This document shows positions 43,840-45,235 of a stretch of 45,235 nt of DNA, piece after piece. The stretch comes from Chiloscyllium plagiosum (taxonomy: Eukaryota), in assembly GCF_004010195.1 (NCBI RefSeq), contig NC_057754.1, forward strand, positions 9,577,516 through 9,622,750, in the 5' to 3' direction. Positions within the stretch are counted from its first letter, which is position 1. Every line of letters begins with the position of its first letter. Under the pieces are notes generated by a model. That model was not told the origin of the DNA. It worked only from the letters and a program-made list of their open reading frames with translations, and made no database searches. Made by a program: the position numbers and the translations under genes.

Positions 43840-45128
43840 AGACAAAGAACCTTGCAGCACAGGAACAGGTCCTTCAGTACTCCATGGCTGTGCCAATCCA
43901 GTTCCTCTATCTAAACCTGTCGCCTATTTTCTAAGGATCTGTATCCCTCTGCTCCCTGTCCATTCATGTATCTGTCTAGATACATCTTAAATGATGCTAT
44001 TGTTCCCACCCCTCCACTGGTAACATGTTCCAGGCATCCATCGCCCTCTGCATGAAGAACTTTTCCCATATATCTCCCCAAAACGTTTCCCCTCTCACTT
44101 TGAACTTGTGACCTCAGAGTCTTCCACTCTGGGAAGAAGTTTCTTGCTATCCACCTTGTCTAAATCTCATGATTTTGTAGGCCTCAATCAGGCCCCCTCA
44201 GCCTCCTTCTTTCTAATAATCCTAATCTCCTCAACCTCTCCTCATAGCTAGCACCCTCCATATCAGGCAACATCCTGGTGAACCTCCTCCGAACCCTCTC
44301 CAAAGCATCCATATTCTTTTGGTAATGTGGCAACCAGAACTGCACAGTATTCCAAATGTGGCCGAACCAAAATCTTATACAACCGTAATGTGACCTGGCA
44401 ACACTTGCACTCAACACCCCGTCTGATGAAGGAAAGCATGCCATATGCCTTCTTGACCACTCTATTGACCTGCGTTGCCACCTTTAGGGAACAATGGACC
44501 TGAACACCCAGATCTCTCTGTACATCAACTTTCCCCAGGACTTTTCCATTTACTGTACAGTTTGCACTGGAATTGCATCTTCCAAAATGCATCACCTCAC
44601 ATTTGTCCAGATCGAACTCCATCTGCCATTTCTCTGTCCAACTCTCTAATTTATCTATATTCTGCTGTATTCTCTGACAGTCCCGCTCACTACCTGCTAC
44701 TCCACCAATCTTAGTGTCATCTGCAAACTTGCTAATGAGGCAACTTACACCTTCTTCCAAAACATTTATGTATATCACAAACAACAGTGGTCCCAGCACA
44801 GATCCCTGTGGAACATCACTGGTCACAGGTCTCCAATTTGAGAAGCTCCCTTCTATTACTACTCTCTGTCTCCTGTTACCCAACCAGTTCTCTATCCATC
44901 TAGCTAGTACACCCTGGACCCTATGTGACTTCACGTTCTCTATTAGCTTACCATGGGGAACCTTATCAAACGCCTTACTATGTGACATCTACATCCCTTC
45001 CCTCATCAATCAACTTTGTCACCTCTTCAAAGAATTCTATTAGGTTTGTAAAACATGACCTTCCATGCACAAAAACCATGCTGCCTATCACTGCCCATTT
45101 TCCTCTAAATGGGTATATATCCTAATCC
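43840..45128 (-). mobile_element. CR1 LINE RT to 3' tail
   Basis: 241-aa ORF 44263-44988: SKAFDKVPH...VPQGSVLGPLLF...KFADDTK...RDLGV...LVRPHLEYC. Confidence 0.92.
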
Positions 45129-45129
45129 G

Positions 45130-45235
45130 TCAGGCTAAACGCCAGCTCGCGGACACCTCCTCCTACTGCCCCCTTGACCATGACCCCACCTCCCACCACC
45201 AAACCATCATCTCCCAAACCATCCAGAACCTCATC
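45130..45235 (+). mobile_element. Penelope RT N-terminal fragment (runs off the window)
   Basis: RQLADTSSYCPLDHDPTSHHQTIISQTIQNLI, the RQL.D...Y..L..DPT motif of PLE RTs. Confidence 0.75.

Noticed and set aside
44263..44988. Functional reverse transcriptase gene
   Set aside because: The open stretch is bounded by frameshifts within a 5'-truncated CR1 copy.

Overview
Repeat-dense vertebrate DNA, very probably shark/elasmobranch (inferred from HE1/V-SINE-type SINEs with CR1/HER1-like partner LINEs). The only intact coding sequences I can support are two KRAB-less tandem C2H2 zinc-finger genes on the + strand (9 fingers at 13975-14748; 12 fingers at 28571-29734). Each has a CpG-rich promoter about 7 kb upstream, and there are two further zinc-finger relics. 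The rest is mostly nested, decayed retroelements: Ty3/Gypsy LTR elements (Mag-like and Gmr1-like), two solo LTRs, CR1, Rex1/Babar, RTE, Tx1, V-SINEs and Penelope-like elements (PLEs). There is a 510-N gap at 10797-11306. The most interesting layer is at least 15 short PLE terminal-repeat insertions from about four families. Many carry a minimal hammerhead ribozyme motif (CUGAnGA-stem II-GAAA-NNUH), and several are 90-280 bp fold-back structures with 9-15 bp target-site duplications whose inversion point lies in or beside the hammerhead. All TE family names come from recognising peptides and motifs by eye, and boundaries of decayed elements are approximate.
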